Positions 40,652 to 49,679 of a stretch of DNA of 64,000 nucleotides are shown here, one piece after another. Under the pieces are notes generated by a model. The model searched no databases. It saw only the letters and a list, made by a program, of their open reading frames with translations, and had not been told where the DNA came from. Position 1 is the stretch's first letter; each line of letters opens with the position of its first letter. The position numbers and the translations under genes were made by a program. Source of the DNA: Verrucomicrobia bacterium UBA3783 (lineage in GTDB: Bacteria; Verrucomicrobiota; Kiritimatiellia; RFP12; UBA1067); assembly GCA_002369235.1 (NCBI GenBank), contig DFFF01000021.1, positions 6,797 through 70,796 on the forward strand. The letters are read 5' to 3'.

Positions 40652-42636
40652 GGAAGCTTCCGGCAATAGTGGCGTTGGCGGTTTTTGCGCTCTCTGGCGC
40701 GGCGGTTGCAGCCATCGCGCCAGAGGATTCGCTGGAGATTGCGCGCGCTGCGTTGCGCGACGGACTGTATGGCGTCGCGCGCAAATACGCGATCGCTTCA
40801 GGCGATGCGCACGCCTGGGAGATTGTCGCCGAATCATACGCCCGCGAGGAGAACTGGGAAAAGGTGCTGGTGACCGCCAAAAGCGGCTATTACCTCGCTG
40901 CGGCACTTTACCGCACTGGGAGGATCGACGAAGCGAAGGCGGAGCTTGCGGATGCGGAAGACGATTTTTCGCTTGCGCTGAAAGCTCGCATTTTGCTCGA
41001 CGAAGGCGACGCCGGCAGATCGGCGGAATTGCTCGGCAAGATCGAAAAACCCGACCGGGACTCCCAGATGATGCTGGCGGAGGCGTTCGTCGCCATGGGC
41101 AAGAAATCCGAGGCCGAGGCGATTTGGCGCAAGCTCCTGCCCGACGCTTACGCCGCTATGAATCTTGGCGACGAAGAGTCGCTCCGTGCGGCCTACAAGG
41201 CGGCGGAAAGCGAGGCGCTCCGGCAAATGATCGGGCTTAGGCTGGGACGCGCGATGCTTGACCGCCAAGACGGCAAGGAAAAGGGCGCGGAACTGATTCT
41301 GGCGATAGTCCACGACGCTCCCGATACGCCGGGCGCCAAGGACGCGATGTTCGACTTGTGCGAATTCAGGCTGACCGAAGGCGAAAACGCCAAGGCCCTC
41401 GCCGGATTTGCCGAGATGCTCGAGATCTGGCCGGAGACTGCAAAGGACTGGCGCATCCATTCCGGCAAAGGATGGGTCAATCTGCGCGAAGGGCGTCCGG
41501 CCGAAGCGCTTGCCGCGTTCAACAAGGCGGCAGCACTCGCCCCGGAAGACAGCGACAAGGCGCTCAGCCTCGTGAAGATCGGCGATTGCCTTTCGCAACT
41601 CGGACGCGGGGCGGAGGCGATGGCGGCATATCGCAAAGTGCTCAACGATTTCCCGGAAACTCCGGCGGCCAAGCGCATCGGAGAGACGGTCAAAGTGCGC
41701 GAACTCGAGGTCGAGGGATACGAGGCCTACCATGAATACCGTTTCGAGGATGCGATGAAGATTTTCGCCAAGGTGGCCAAGGCCGATCCTTCGCGGCGGC
41801 AGGCGATGGAATACGTCAGCATGCTTTGCCTGTATGGCCTCGGACGCGATGAAGAGGCCGAGGCCGAAGCCAAGCGTCTGGATACTCCAGACGCCCGTCT
41901 GTGGCTCGCGAAATTCTGCTACAATGGCGGACGCTGGGGCGAGGCCCGCAGGCTTTTCGACGCTCTTGATTTTCCAGAGGCGAAACTCTGGGCGGCGCGC
42001 AGTGCGCTGGCCGACAGCGATTTCGCGTCGGCAATCGATATCGTCGCCAAGATGCAGGAAAAAGGATGCGACCGCAAACTGACGGTGGAAGGGATGCTTG
42101 TCCAGGGACAGGCACTAGTTGAACTTGCGCGGTTTGACGAAGCAGTGCTCGTGCTCGAGCGCGTCGCGTTGATGCCGGAATCAGGCGTCGCACACCGTAG
42201 CAAGGCGATGATGCTGAAGGCGGACGCGCTGTATGCGATGGGGGCGGACAATCCCGCTCGCTACGAGCAGGCGCTCGAGACATATCGCGCACTGCGTCTT
42301 GCCGAAGGCGTGGACGATTCCGCGAAATTGCAGATTTCCTTCAAGATCGGGCGGATACTCGAAAAGCAAGGGCATATCGCCGAAGCCATGGAGCAGTATT
42401 ATACGCAGGTGTGCCTTGCGTTCAGGCTGGGGCGCGAAAAGGGCGAGAGTTTCGACGATGCCGCCCAGGCGGCGTTTGCGCGGGCGGCATTCCGTCTGGC
42501 CGATGAATACGAGCAGATGGGACAAGACAAGCAGGCGCGGCAGATTTTGAGGATGGTCGTCAAAAGCGCGGTTCCCGCGTCGGCGGAGGCTTCGCGGCGC
42601 ATCGAGCAAAACAGAAGAAAGGGCAGATTGCTATGA
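40648..42636 (+). CDS. secreted TPR-repeat protein
   Basis: It has a signal peptide (MRKLPAIVALAVFALSGAAVAA) and many TPR-like A/L/Y-rich helical repeats. I chose the ATG at 40648 (ATGA overlap with era) instead of the track start at 40426. Confidence 0.7.
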   Translation: MRKLPAIVALAVFALSGAAVAAIAPEDSLEIARAALRDGLYGVARKYAIASGDAHAWEIVAESYAREENWEKVLVTAKSGYYLAAALYRTGRIDEAKAELADAEDDFSLALKARILLDEGDAGRSAELLGKIEKPDRDSQMMLAEAFVAMGKKSEAEAIWRKLLPDAYAAMNLGDEESLRAAYKAAESEALRQMIGLRLGRAMLDRQDGKEKGAELILAIVHDAPDTPGAKDAMFDLCEFRLTEGENAKALAGFAEMLEIWPETAKDWRIHSGKGWVNLREGRPAEALAAFNKAAALAPEDSDKALSLVKIGDCLSQLGRGAEAMAAYRKVLNDFPETPAAKRIGETVKVRELEVEGYEAYHEYRFEDAMKIFAKVAKADPSRRQAMEYVSMLCLYGLGRDEEAEAEAKRLDTPDARLWLAKFCYNGGRWGEARRLFDALDFPEAKLWAARSALADSDFASAIDIVAKMQEKGCDRKLTVEGMLVQGQALVELARFDEAVLVLERVALMPESGVAHRSKAMMLKADALYAMGADNPARYEQALETYRALRLAEGVDDSAKLQISFKIGRILEKQGHIAEAMEQYYTQVCLAFRLGREKGESFDDAAQAAFARAAFRLADEYEQMGQDKQARQILRMVVKSAVPASAEASRRIEQNRRKGRLL

Positions 42637-43238
42637 CACTTTCGGGCGGACCTGTTTTCTGGATTCTTGTGGCCATGGCGGTTGCGGCTGTCGTGGTGTT
42701 TCTGGAGCGTCTCGTGGAATTGAGAAGGGCGCATGTCGACCCGGAGGATTTCGTCAAGGGCGTGATCAATGTCCTCGAACAAGGCAATCCCGACGAAGCA
42801 TTGTCGTTGTGCGACGAACTGCCGGTGCCGGTTTCGGTCGTGGTGGCTGCGGCGATCCGTCACCGCTCGAGTTCCGCAAGAGTTTTGCGCGAGGCGTTGG
42901 AATCTGCCGCCCGCGGCGAGAAGTCGCGCCTTGTGCGTCGGCTCGCCGCGCTCAAGATCATTGGCGACATAGCGCCGGAAGTCGGTCTTTTGGGAGTTGT
43001 TTTCGGGTTTGTCAAAGCCGTCATGGCCGTCAATGCCGAGGCGATAGTCGTGCGCGCCGATCTGATCGACAGCACCATGGCCGCGCTCGTGTCCGCAGCG
43101 CTTGGGCTTATGGTCGCCATACCCGTCAAAGTCATGTGCGGAATGTTGCGCACGCGGCTTGAACGCCTCGAGGTGGAAATCGATGCGGCGGCTTCGCGCA
43201 TTTCAGGCTACATTACCACAAAGGCGGTGCAGAAGTGA
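42633..43238 (+). CDS. MotA/TolQ/ExbB proton-channel family protein
   Basis: 201 aa with three TM segments and the conserved C-terminal MotA_ExbB region (..ALVSAALGLMVAIP..). Confidence 0.8.
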   Translation: MTLSGGPVFWILVAMAVAAVVVFLERLVELRRAHVDPEDFVKGVINVLEQGNPDEALSLCDELPVPVSVVVAAAIRHRSSSARVLREALESAARGEKSRLVRRLAALKIIGDIAPEVGLLGVVFGFVKAVMAVNAEAIVVRADLIDSTMAALVSAALGLMVAIPVKVMCGMLRTRLERLEVEIDAAASRISGYITTKAVQK

Positions 43239-43633
43239 AAGCAGTGCCCTGGATCACCGTGCTGATGCTTGCGGTCATGATGTACATGGTCGCAGGGACG
43301 CTCACGCGCGGAGAGGGCGTCGTTTTTGCATTGCCCGAGGAAGGCACCGGAGAAAGCGAGACTTCACGCCTCGTAGCCGTGCTTTCTCCGCAAAAGCACG
43401 ACACTCTGGTCTTTTTCGACGATGTCCGCTATGTTCTCGCCGACGATGCGCAGATGGCGCAACTCGGTGCGCAACTTGCGCAGGGCGCCAGTCTGACCGG
43501 CGAAAAGACGATGCTGGTGCTTGCCGATGCGCGGATTCCGCTCGGTGATGCGATGCGCTTTGCCAAGATCGTCAAGTCGAGCGGCATCGAGCGGATATTC
43601 TTCGCCAACAAACGGCAAGGGGAGGCGGATTGA
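43235..43633 (+). CDS. ExbD/TolR biopolymer transport protein
   Basis: 132 aa with a single N-terminal TM and an ExbD-like periplasmic domain. The start is GTG in a GTGA overlap. Confidence 0.75.
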   Translation: MKAVPWITVLMLAVMMYMVAGTLTRGEGVVFALPEEGTGESETSRLVAVLSPQKHDTLVFFDDVRYVLADDAQMAQLGAQLAQGASLTGEKTMLVLADARIPLGDAMRFAKIVKSSGIERIFFANKRQGEAD

Positions 43634-44085
43634 AAATAACGACCGAGTTTGTCCGTCTCGCGGTTGTGGCGGTCGTTCCGGCGGCGTTGCTTGCGTCGTT
43701 TCCATACGAAGCGATAGGGTTCAAAGCCGCCAGAAGCGCAGGAAGTGCGCAAAAATCCGCATCCTGCGCTTTTGCGGAGATTTCGCCGGAGCGGGCGCAG
43801 GCGGCGGTGGAATCGGCCAGAACCTCGTGGACTGCGGAGGTGGTCGGGATGAAGCATGCGCGTCTGGAATTGCTGGATGTGGATATGCTGGGGCTCGTGC
43901 ACGAAGAACTTGCGCCATTCGAGCCTGTGCGCCGGACTTTAGGCCCGGCCAAGTTCAATCCGTCGATTTTGCCGCCGTCGGTCGGCGCCCCGGAACTGGA
44001 ACAATTGCCGGGAGTGCCGGATGATGCGGTGGCACCGCCGTTTTCACGCGATGAACTTTTGAAAATCCCCACGGGGCAACAATAA
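43630..44085 (+). CDS. hypothetical membrane-anchored protein in the TonB/TolA position
   Basis: It starts with TTG in a TTGA overlap and has an N-terminal hydrophobic anchor and a Pro-rich C-terminal part. I see no recognisable TonB C-terminal domain. Confidence 0.45.
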   Translation: MKITTEFVRLAVVAVVPAALLASFPYEAIGFKAARSAGSAQKSASCAFAEISPERAQAAVESARTSWTAEVVGMKHARLELLDVDMLGLVHEELAPFEPVRRTLGPAKFNPSILPPSVGAPELEQLPGVPDDAVAPPFSRDELLKIPTGQQ

Positions 44086-44096
44086 AGGAGAATGCC

Positions 44097-44708
44097 ATGA
44101 CCCAAAAACAGATATTGGATGCGTTCAAGGAGACCGGTGCCTTGCTCGAAGGGCACTTCGAACTCCGTTCCAAACTCCATTCCGACCGCTATTTCCAGTG
44201 TGCAAACGTCTTGAGGTATCCGCGAGTGGCGGAGAAGCTCTGCCGCGCAGTGACCCGCGAGGCGGTGAAAAGCGGCAAGCTCGGCAAGCGCATCGACGGC
44301 GTCGTTTCGCCAGCGGTGGGCGGCATTCTCGTGGGGCATGAAGTCGCGCGCGAGTTGAACGTGAAGTGCATTTTCGCCGAGAAAGTCCAGGGCGAGGGCG
44401 TTGACGCGACCGGCAAGCCAAATACCGTCCTCGCCATGCGCCGCTTCAAGATCAAGAAGGGCGAGCGTTATGTCGTGGCCGAAGATGTCATTACCAAAGG
44501 CGGACGCGTGCAAGAGACGATCGATCTGGTGAAAGCCGCAGGCGGCATCGTCGCCGCCGTGGTGGTTCTCGTCGATCGTTCGTCCGGGAAGGTGAAGTTC
44601 GGCCGCATCCCCGTCTTCTCGCTTATGCAGATGACGCCGCAGACCTGGGAGCCGTGCGATTGCCCGATGTGCAAGGCCGGCGGCAAACCCGTGCATCCCG
44701 GATCGTAA
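44097..44708 (+). CDS. pyrE: orotate phosphoribosyltransferase
   Basis: It has LLEGHFELRSKLHSDRYF and the PRPP-binding motif YVVAEDVITKGG. An SD (AAGGAGA) lies upstream. Confidence 0.85.
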   Translation: MTQKQILDAFKETGALLEGHFELRSKLHSDRYFQCANVLRYPRVAEKLCRAVTREAVKSGKLGKRIDGVVSPAVGGILVGHEVARELNVKCIFAEKVQGEGVDATGKPNTVLAMRRFKIKKGERYVVAEDVITKGGRVQETIDLVKAAGGIVAAVVVLVDRSSGKVKFGRIPVFSLMQMTPQTWEPCDCPMCKAGGKPVHPGS

Positions 44709-44710
44709 AA

Positions 44711-45910
44711 ATGGAAAACGGCAGTTTCAATACCGTCGAAGAGTGCCTTGAGGCGCTCAAAGCCGGTGAGATCATTCTCGTGACCGACGACGCCGACCGC
44801 GAGAACGAGGGCGATTGCATTTGCGCGGCGCGGTTCGCCACCACGAAAAACGTGAACTTCATGGCGACATACGCCAAGGGGCTCATTTGCATGCCGATGT
44901 CGCGCGAGTGGTGCCGCAGGCTCGATTTGCCGCAGATGGTCGCTCAAAACACCGACAACCATCAGACCGCGTTCACGGTATCGATCGACGCCGTTTCCAC
45001 GACGACGGGGATTTCCGCCGCCGAACGCTCGATTACGGCGCTCAAGTGCGTGGAGAGAGGCGTCAAGCCGGAGGATTTCCGCAGGCCCGGTCACATGTTT
45101 CCGCTGGAGGCGCGAGAAGGCGGCGTTTTGAAGCGCGCGGGGCATACCGAAGCGACGGTGGATCTTTGCCGCCTGGCGGGACTTGAAGAAGTGGGGCTGT
45201 GCTGCGAGATCATGAAAGACGACGGCACGATGGCCAGGCTCGACGATGTGCGCGAGTTCGCCTCGCGCCACGCTCTCAAGATGATGACGATCGCCGATCT
45301 CATCGCATACCGCCGCCGCAACGACAGGCTCGTCGAGGCGGTGGAAGAGGTAGATCTCCCCACGGCGCACGGCCATTTCAGGCTTCGCATGTACCGCTCC
45401 AGAATTACCGGGCTTGAGCATCTTGCGCTCGTCAAGGGCGATATTTCGGGCGACGAGCCGGTTCTGGTGCGCGTCCACAGCGAATGCTTCACCGGCGATG
45501 TCCTCGGGAGCGAGCGCTGCGATTGCGGGCCGCAGCTCCACAAGGCAATGGAGATGATCGAAGCGGCCGGACGCGGCGTGATCCTGTACATGCGTCAGGA
45601 AGGGCGCGGCATCGGACTTGCGAACAAGCTTCACGCCTATCGCAAGCAGGAGGAAGGTCTGGATACGGTAGAAGCGAATGTGGCGCTTGGTTTTGCGCCG
45701 GATTTGCGCGATTACGGCGAGGGTGCGCAGATTCTTGCCGATCTCGGGATTTCCAAGGTGCGGCTGCTTACGAACAATCCGTGCAAGGTCGCCGGACTCG
45801 GCGGCTACGGCATTTCCATCGTCGAGCGCGTCCCGATCGTCATCCCGCCCAATCCTTTCGATTTGCGGTATTTAAACACGAAAAAAGAAAAAATGGGGCA
45901 TCTTATATGA
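44711..45910 (+). CDS. ribBA: bifunctional 3,4-dihydroxy-2-butanone-4-phosphate synthase / GTP cyclohydrolase II
   Basis: DRENEGD and GHTEATVDL mark the RibB half. RVHSECFTGDVLGSERCDCG marks the RibA zinc site. Confidence 0.9.
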   Translation: MENGSFNTVEECLEALKAGEIILVTDDADRENEGDCICAARFATTKNVNFMATYAKGLICMPMSREWCRRLDLPQMVAQNTDNHQTAFTVSIDAVSTTTGISAAERSITALKCVERGVKPEDFRRPGHMFPLEAREGGVLKRAGHTEATVDLCRLAGLEEVGLCCEIMKDDGTMARLDDVREFASRHALKMMTIADLIAYRRRNDRLVEAVEEVDLPTAHGHFRLRMYRSRITGLEHLALVKGDISGDEPVLVRVHSECFTGDVLGSERCDCGPQLHKAMEMIEAAGRGVILYMRQEGRGIGLANKLHAYRKQEEGLDTVEANVALGFAPDLRDYGEGAQILADLGISKVRLLTNNPCKVAGLGGYGISIVERVPIVIPPNPFDLRYLNTKKEKMGHLI

Positions 45911-46890
45911 AGATATTCGTGATCGGTGACGGCGGCTGGGGCACTGCCAATGCAATATTGCTTTCCGGATACGGACATGAGGTCGCGCTTTGGGGCGCAT
46001 TCCCCGACTATACTGCACAGATGCGCGAAGCGGGCGAGAACTTCAAGTTTTTGAAAGGCGTCAAACTGCCGCCGGAACTGAAGCTCGTGAACGACCGATC
46101 CATGGCTGCGGCGGCAGATGTCGTCGTGCTTGCCAGCCCCAGCAAGTTTTTCGCCTCGGTCGCGGAAGGCTTCAAGGGGCTGATCCGGTCCGACCAGCTG
46201 GTCGTTTCGCTCACAAAGGGTCTCTGCGAGACGACGCACAAGCGCATGACCGAACTTGCCGAGGAAATTCTCGGCATCAAGGATGTAGTCGCGCTTGCCG
46301 GTCCTACCCATGCCGAGGAAGTGTCACGCGGCATCCCCACGGCGATTGTCGCCGCTTGCTGCGATCTTGAAAAAGCGAAAAAGGTTCAGGAAATCTGGAG
46401 CGGTCCCAAGTTCCGCGTCTATACGTCCGACGACCCAACGGGTGTGGAAATCGGCGGCTGCGTCAAGAATGTCATCGCCATTGCCGTAGGCTGTTCAGAC
46501 GGCATGGGCTTTGGCGACAACACCCGTGCGGCGATCATCACCCGCAGTCTCGTGGAATTGAAGCGCTTTGTCTTGGCCTACGGCGGCAAGAGCGAAACCT
46601 TGGGCGGACTTGCGGGAATCGGCGATCTGATTGTTACCTGCACCTCGCGTCACAGCCGCAACCACTCGGTCGGCGAGCGGCTCGGGAAGGGCGAGAAGAT
46701 TGGCGATATTCTTTCTTCAATGCAGATGGTCGCAGAAGGCGTATGGAACTCCAAGGTGGTGCACGAGACCGCCGCCAAGCTCGGAATCGAAATGCCGCTT
46801 TCCGAGATGGTGTATCAGGCGTGCTACGGCGATTTCGATGTCAAGGACGCGCTTGCGCGAATGATGACGCGTGAACTCAAGTCTGAATAA
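45907..46890 (+). CDS. gpsA: NAD(P)H-dependent glycerol-3-phosphate dehydrogenase
   Basis: MKIFVIGDGGWGTA and GCVKNVIAIA are present. I chose the ATG at 45907 (ATGA overlap); the track's N-terminal extension is an artefact. Confidence 0.9.
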   Translation: MKIFVIGDGGWGTANAILLSGYGHEVALWGAFPDYTAQMREAGENFKFLKGVKLPPELKLVNDRSMAAAADVVVLASPSKFFASVAEGFKGLIRSDQLVVSLTKGLCETTHKRMTELAEEILGIKDVVALAGPTHAEEVSRGIPTAIVAACCDLEKAKKVQEIWSGPKFRVYTSDDPTGVEIGGCVKNVIAIAVGCSDGMGFGDNTRAAIITRSLVELKRFVLAYGGKSETLGGLAGIGDLIVTCTSRHSRNHSVGERLGKGEKIGDILSSMQMVAEGVWNSKVVHETAAKLGIEMPLSEMVYQACYGDFDVKDALARMMTRELKSE

Positions 46891-47689
46891 CATCTTTATT
46901 TTCTGGTCGTTCTGTTTCGGGGCGGTCATCGCGAGTTTTCTGAACGTCGTCATCTGGCGCGTTCCGCGTTGCGAGAGCATCGTGCGCCCGCCGTCGCATT
47001 GCCCCAAGTGCTCCGCGCCGATTCGCTGGTATCAGAATATTCCGATCCTCTCCTATCTCGCCCTGCGCGGACGCTGTGCGTCCTGCAAGACGCGCATTTC
47101 GCCGCGCTATATCTTCGTCGAGGTCTTGGGCGGCGCTCTTTTCGCCGCCGCCTGGGCATATCTGGGCGGGCCTTGGGGAACGGTTTTGTGGCCGTGGTTC
47201 GCGCTTATGATCGTTGGGTCGATGATCGATTTCGACCACCATCTTTTGCCGGATTTCGTCACCGTTGGCGGCATCGTCTACGGCCTTTTGCTCAACGCGG
47301 TTTTCTCATTGCTCGCCCGCTCTCCGGCGCCGCTGTTTCTAGGGGTTTCCGGGCTTGCGATGGGGTTTGGGGTGATGTATCTCGCGCGAATCCTTGGCGG
47401 CAAGCTGTTCGGTCAAGAGGCGATGGGTATGGGAGATGTCATCTTGATGGGCGCGGTGGGCGCGATATCCGGACCCGTGGCGGTTCTTTTCGTGCTTATC
47501 GTCGGGTGCCTTGCCGGAATTTGCGGCGGAGTCGTGGCGATGGCGCTCGGCGGCAAACTCAAGCGCCGCTTCGAGATTCCGTTCGGTCCTTACATTTGTC
47601 TCGCGCATCTCGTCTTTCTCTTTGCCGGCGAGCCGATTATCGTCTGGTATCTTGGCGCGCTTTCGCGCCTTACGGGGGCGCTGGGATGA
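46871..47689 (+). CDS. prepilin peptidase (A24 family)
   Basis: An N-terminal four-Cys motif (CPKC..CASC) is followed by multiple TM helices and the Asp-containing region MIDFDHH. The GTG start is uncertain. Confidence 0.8.
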   Translation: MNSSLNNIFIFWSFCFGAVIASFLNVVIWRVPRCESIVRPPSHCPKCSAPIRWYQNIPILSYLALRGRCASCKTRISPRYIFVEVLGGALFAAAWAYLGGPWGTVLWPWFALMIVGSMIDFDHHLLPDFVTVGGIVYGLLLNAVFSLLARSPAPLFLGVSGLAMGFGVMYLARILGGKLFGQEAMGMGDVILMGAVGAISGPVAVLFVLIVGCLAGICGGVVAMALGGKLKRRFEIPFGPYICLAHLVFLFAGEPIIVWYLGALSRLTGALG

Positions 47690-48765
47690 AGATTGCGATC
47701 GGGTTGTCGGGTGGCGTGGATTCTTCCGTGAGCGCGCTTTTGCTCAAGGAGCAAGGCCACGATGTGGTGGGCATCACCATGAAGCTCTGGAACGGCAAGT
47801 ATCGCGGCGGCGAACGCGATGCCTGCTTCGGGAAGGGCGAAGAGGCGGATATCGAATCGGCCAGGTCGCTCGCCAGTCAGCTTGGTATCGAATACCGCGT
47901 GTTCGATTGCAGCGAAGAGTACGATCGCGATATCATCGCCTATTTCCGTCGCACCTACCTTGCCGGAGAGACGCCCAATCCTTGCGTTTTCTGCAACCGG
48001 CTGATGAAATTCGGGCTGTTGCCGGAGTTGGCGAAAAAGTCGGGCCTTGAATTCGACAAGTTTGCGACCGGGCACTACGCGAGGGTGAAGTTCAACGAGG
48101 CGTCAGGGCGTTATGAGCTGCTGCGCGCGGTAGACGAGGCCAAGGACCAGTCGTATTTTCTTTGTCGGCTGACGCAGGAACAGCTCGCGAGGCACATCTT
48201 CCCGATGGGAGATCTCACCAAACGCGAAGTGCGCGAAATCGCACAGCGCCACAACCTCTCCATGGCCGACAAACCGGATAGCCAGGACTTTTATTCTGGC
48301 GACATTGCCGAACTTTTGGGCGCGGAAGACAAACCGGGCGATATCGTGACCTTGGACGGACGCAAAATCGGCACCCACAACGGATTTTGGCATTACACCG
48401 TGGGCCAGCGCAAGGGACTTGGAATCGGTGGCGGCACTCCGTATTACGTAGTGGACCTGAATGCTTGCCGCAACGAAGTCATTGTGGGCTTCGAGAACGA
48501 CGTCAAAAAGACGTCGCTCGTCGCCGGCAACGTCAATTGGGTTTCGATCGCTCCGCTAAAGGACGGCGAAGAGATCTCGTGCTCCGTGAAGGTGCGAAGC
48601 GGCGGCAAGCCGCGTGGGGGCGTCACGCTTCGTGTCGCGAGAGATGGCGAAGGGCACGAGCTGCTCCATGCTTCTTTCCCGGACGGAATTGCCGGTATCG
48701 CTCCTGGCCAAAGCGCGGTTTTCTACGATTCCGACCGCCTCCTTTGCGCCGGAATCATAAAATAG
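47686..48765 (+). CDS. mnmA: tRNA 2-thiouridine(34) synthase
   Basis: The PP-loop GLSGGVDSS is present, and the length and domain order are typical of MnmA. I chose the ATG at 47686 (ATGA overlap). Confidence 0.9.
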   Translation: MKIAIGLSGGVDSSVSALLLKEQGHDVVGITMKLWNGKYRGGERDACFGKGEEADIESARSLASQLGIEYRVFDCSEEYDRDIIAYFRRTYLAGETPNPCVFCNRLMKFGLLPELAKKSGLEFDKFATGHYARVKFNEASGRYELLRAVDEAKDQSYFLCRLTQEQLARHIFPMGDLTKREVREIAQRHNLSMADKPDSQDFYSGDIAELLGAEDKPGDIVTLDGRKIGTHNGFWHYTVGQRKGLGIGGGTPYYVVDLNACRNEVIVGFENDVKKTSLVAGNVNWVSIAPLKDGEEISCSVKVRSGGKPRGGVTLRVARDGEGHELLHASFPDGIAGIAPGQSAVFYDSDRLLCAGIIK

Positions 48766-48781
48766 CAGTTTTTATCCCTAG

Positions 48782-48869
48782 ACTGCCAAGTCCAGCCCTC
48801 TCCACTTCGTAGTCCAGCCTCCTCGACTTCGTAGTCCAGCCTCTTTTACTTGGTAGTCCAGCCTTCTGG
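48782..48869. repeat. tandem array of the same 22-bp repeat, 4 copies
   Basis: Units start at 48782, 48804, 48826 and 48848. The array lies between the mnmA stop and the tRNA-Ala promoter. Confidence 0.9.
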
Positions 48870-48896
48870 ACATGGCAGGGTGCGGTGCTTGCCTTT

Positions 48897-48911
48897 ACCC
48901 TAATTTAGGGT
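48897..48911. promoter_or_regulatory. 15-bp perfect palindrome ACCCTAA-T-TTAGGGT abutting the -35 of the tRNA-Ala promoter
   Basis: The inverted repeat is visible in the sequence and ends 1 nt before TTGACT at 48913. It is geometrically operator-like. Confidence 0.5.
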
Positions 48912-48912
48912 A

Positions 48913-48942
48913 TTGACTTTTGGGTGCGGAATATGGTATAAT
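48913..48942 (+). promoter_or_regulatory. promoter TTGACT-N18-TATAAT (TGGTATAATAC)
   Basis: The -10 ends 20 nt upstream of the mature 5' end of tRNA-Ala. Confidence 0.7.
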
Positions 48943-48962
48943 ACACTCACTTTTTACGAATT

Positions 48963-49038
48963 GGGGAAGTAGCTCAGTTGGTAGAGCATCACGTTCGCAA
49001 CGTGGGGGTCGTGAGTTCGAATCTCATCTTCTCCACCA
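48963..49038 (+). tRNA. tRNA-Ala (anticodon CGC), CCA encoded
   Basis: Folded by hand into a 76-nt cloverleaf: acceptor GGGGAAG/CTTCTCC with the G3:U70 alanine identity pair, anticodon loop TTCGCAA, T-loop TTCGAAT, discriminator A, and 3' CCA. Confidence 0.9.
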
Positions 49039-49055
49039 ATTCCACCGGAGGAAAA

Positions 49056-49679
49056 ATGGAAGACTTTGGGTTTTACCTCGTGATTACAGACCCGGTGGCG
49101 GGCTATTCCAAGTGTTGCGAAGCTGCGGTCAAGGCCGGGCTCAAAATCGTGCAATTGCGCATGAAAAACGCGCCGCGGGAAGAGATTGTCGCGACCGCGC
49201 GGGAAATGCGCCGCATTACATTGGGCACGGCGACGAAATTCATCGTGAATGACGACCCCGCGATTGCCGCAGAGGTCGGTGCCGATGGCGTACACGTAGG
49301 GCAGGGCGATATGAAGGTCGCGGAGGTGCGTCGGCTTTTTCCGTCGCTAGGAATTGTGGGGCTTTCCACGCACAATCCCGGTCAGGCGCACGATGCAATC
49401 GCGCAGCAGCCCGACTATATCGGCACCGGACCTTGCTGGGCGACGCCCACGAAGGCGATTCCGGATCCGACGCTTGGTCTCGATACGGCGGCGGCGATGC
49501 ACAAGCTCGTGCCGTTTCCCGCCGTGGCGATCGGCGGAATCGATTCGTCGAATCTGCCGCAGGTGGTGAAGGCCGGGATCAAAAACTGGGCGGTGGTGCG
49601 CGCGGTGTGCAAGAGCTCGGATCCATACGCGGCGATCCGCGGTCTGCTGGCGATTGCAGAGGAGGCGGCACAATGCTGA
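49056..49679 (+). CDS. thiE: thiamine-phosphate synthase
   Basis: It has a TMP-TENI fold pattern (LVITD..LRMKN..IVNDD..ADGVHVGQGD..GLSTHN..PDYIGTGP..AIGGI). The ATG at 49056 sits behind SD GGAGGA. The track start at 48978 would overlap the tRNA. Confidence 0.85.
   Translation: MEDFGFYLVITDPVAGYSKCCEAAVKAGLKIVQLRMKNAPREEIVATAREMRRITLGTATKFIVNDDPAIAAEVGADGVHVGQGDMKVAEVRRLFPSLGIVGLSTHNPGQAHDAIAQQPDYIGTGPCWATPTKAIPDPTLGLDTAAAMHKLVPFPAVAIGGIDSSNLPQVVKAGIKNWAVVRAVCKSSDPYAAIRGLLAIAEEAAQC

Noticed and set aside
38180-40906. A 908-aa ORF on the minus strand, the longest ORF in the track.
   Set aside because: It lies fully antisense to rpiB-glyA, era and the TPR gene, all of which have strong family motifs. 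Its translation is Arg/His/Ala/Pro-rich low-complexity sequence with no recognisable domain. It is a typical stop-poor antisense shadow frame of high-GC DNA.
49039-49055. I looked for a TPP riboswitch upstream of thiE, and likewise for an FMN riboswitch upstream of ribBA at 44709-44710.
   Set aside because: Only 17 nt and 2 nt of spacer are available, far too short for either aptamer. Both genes are internal to, or directly follow, other genes.
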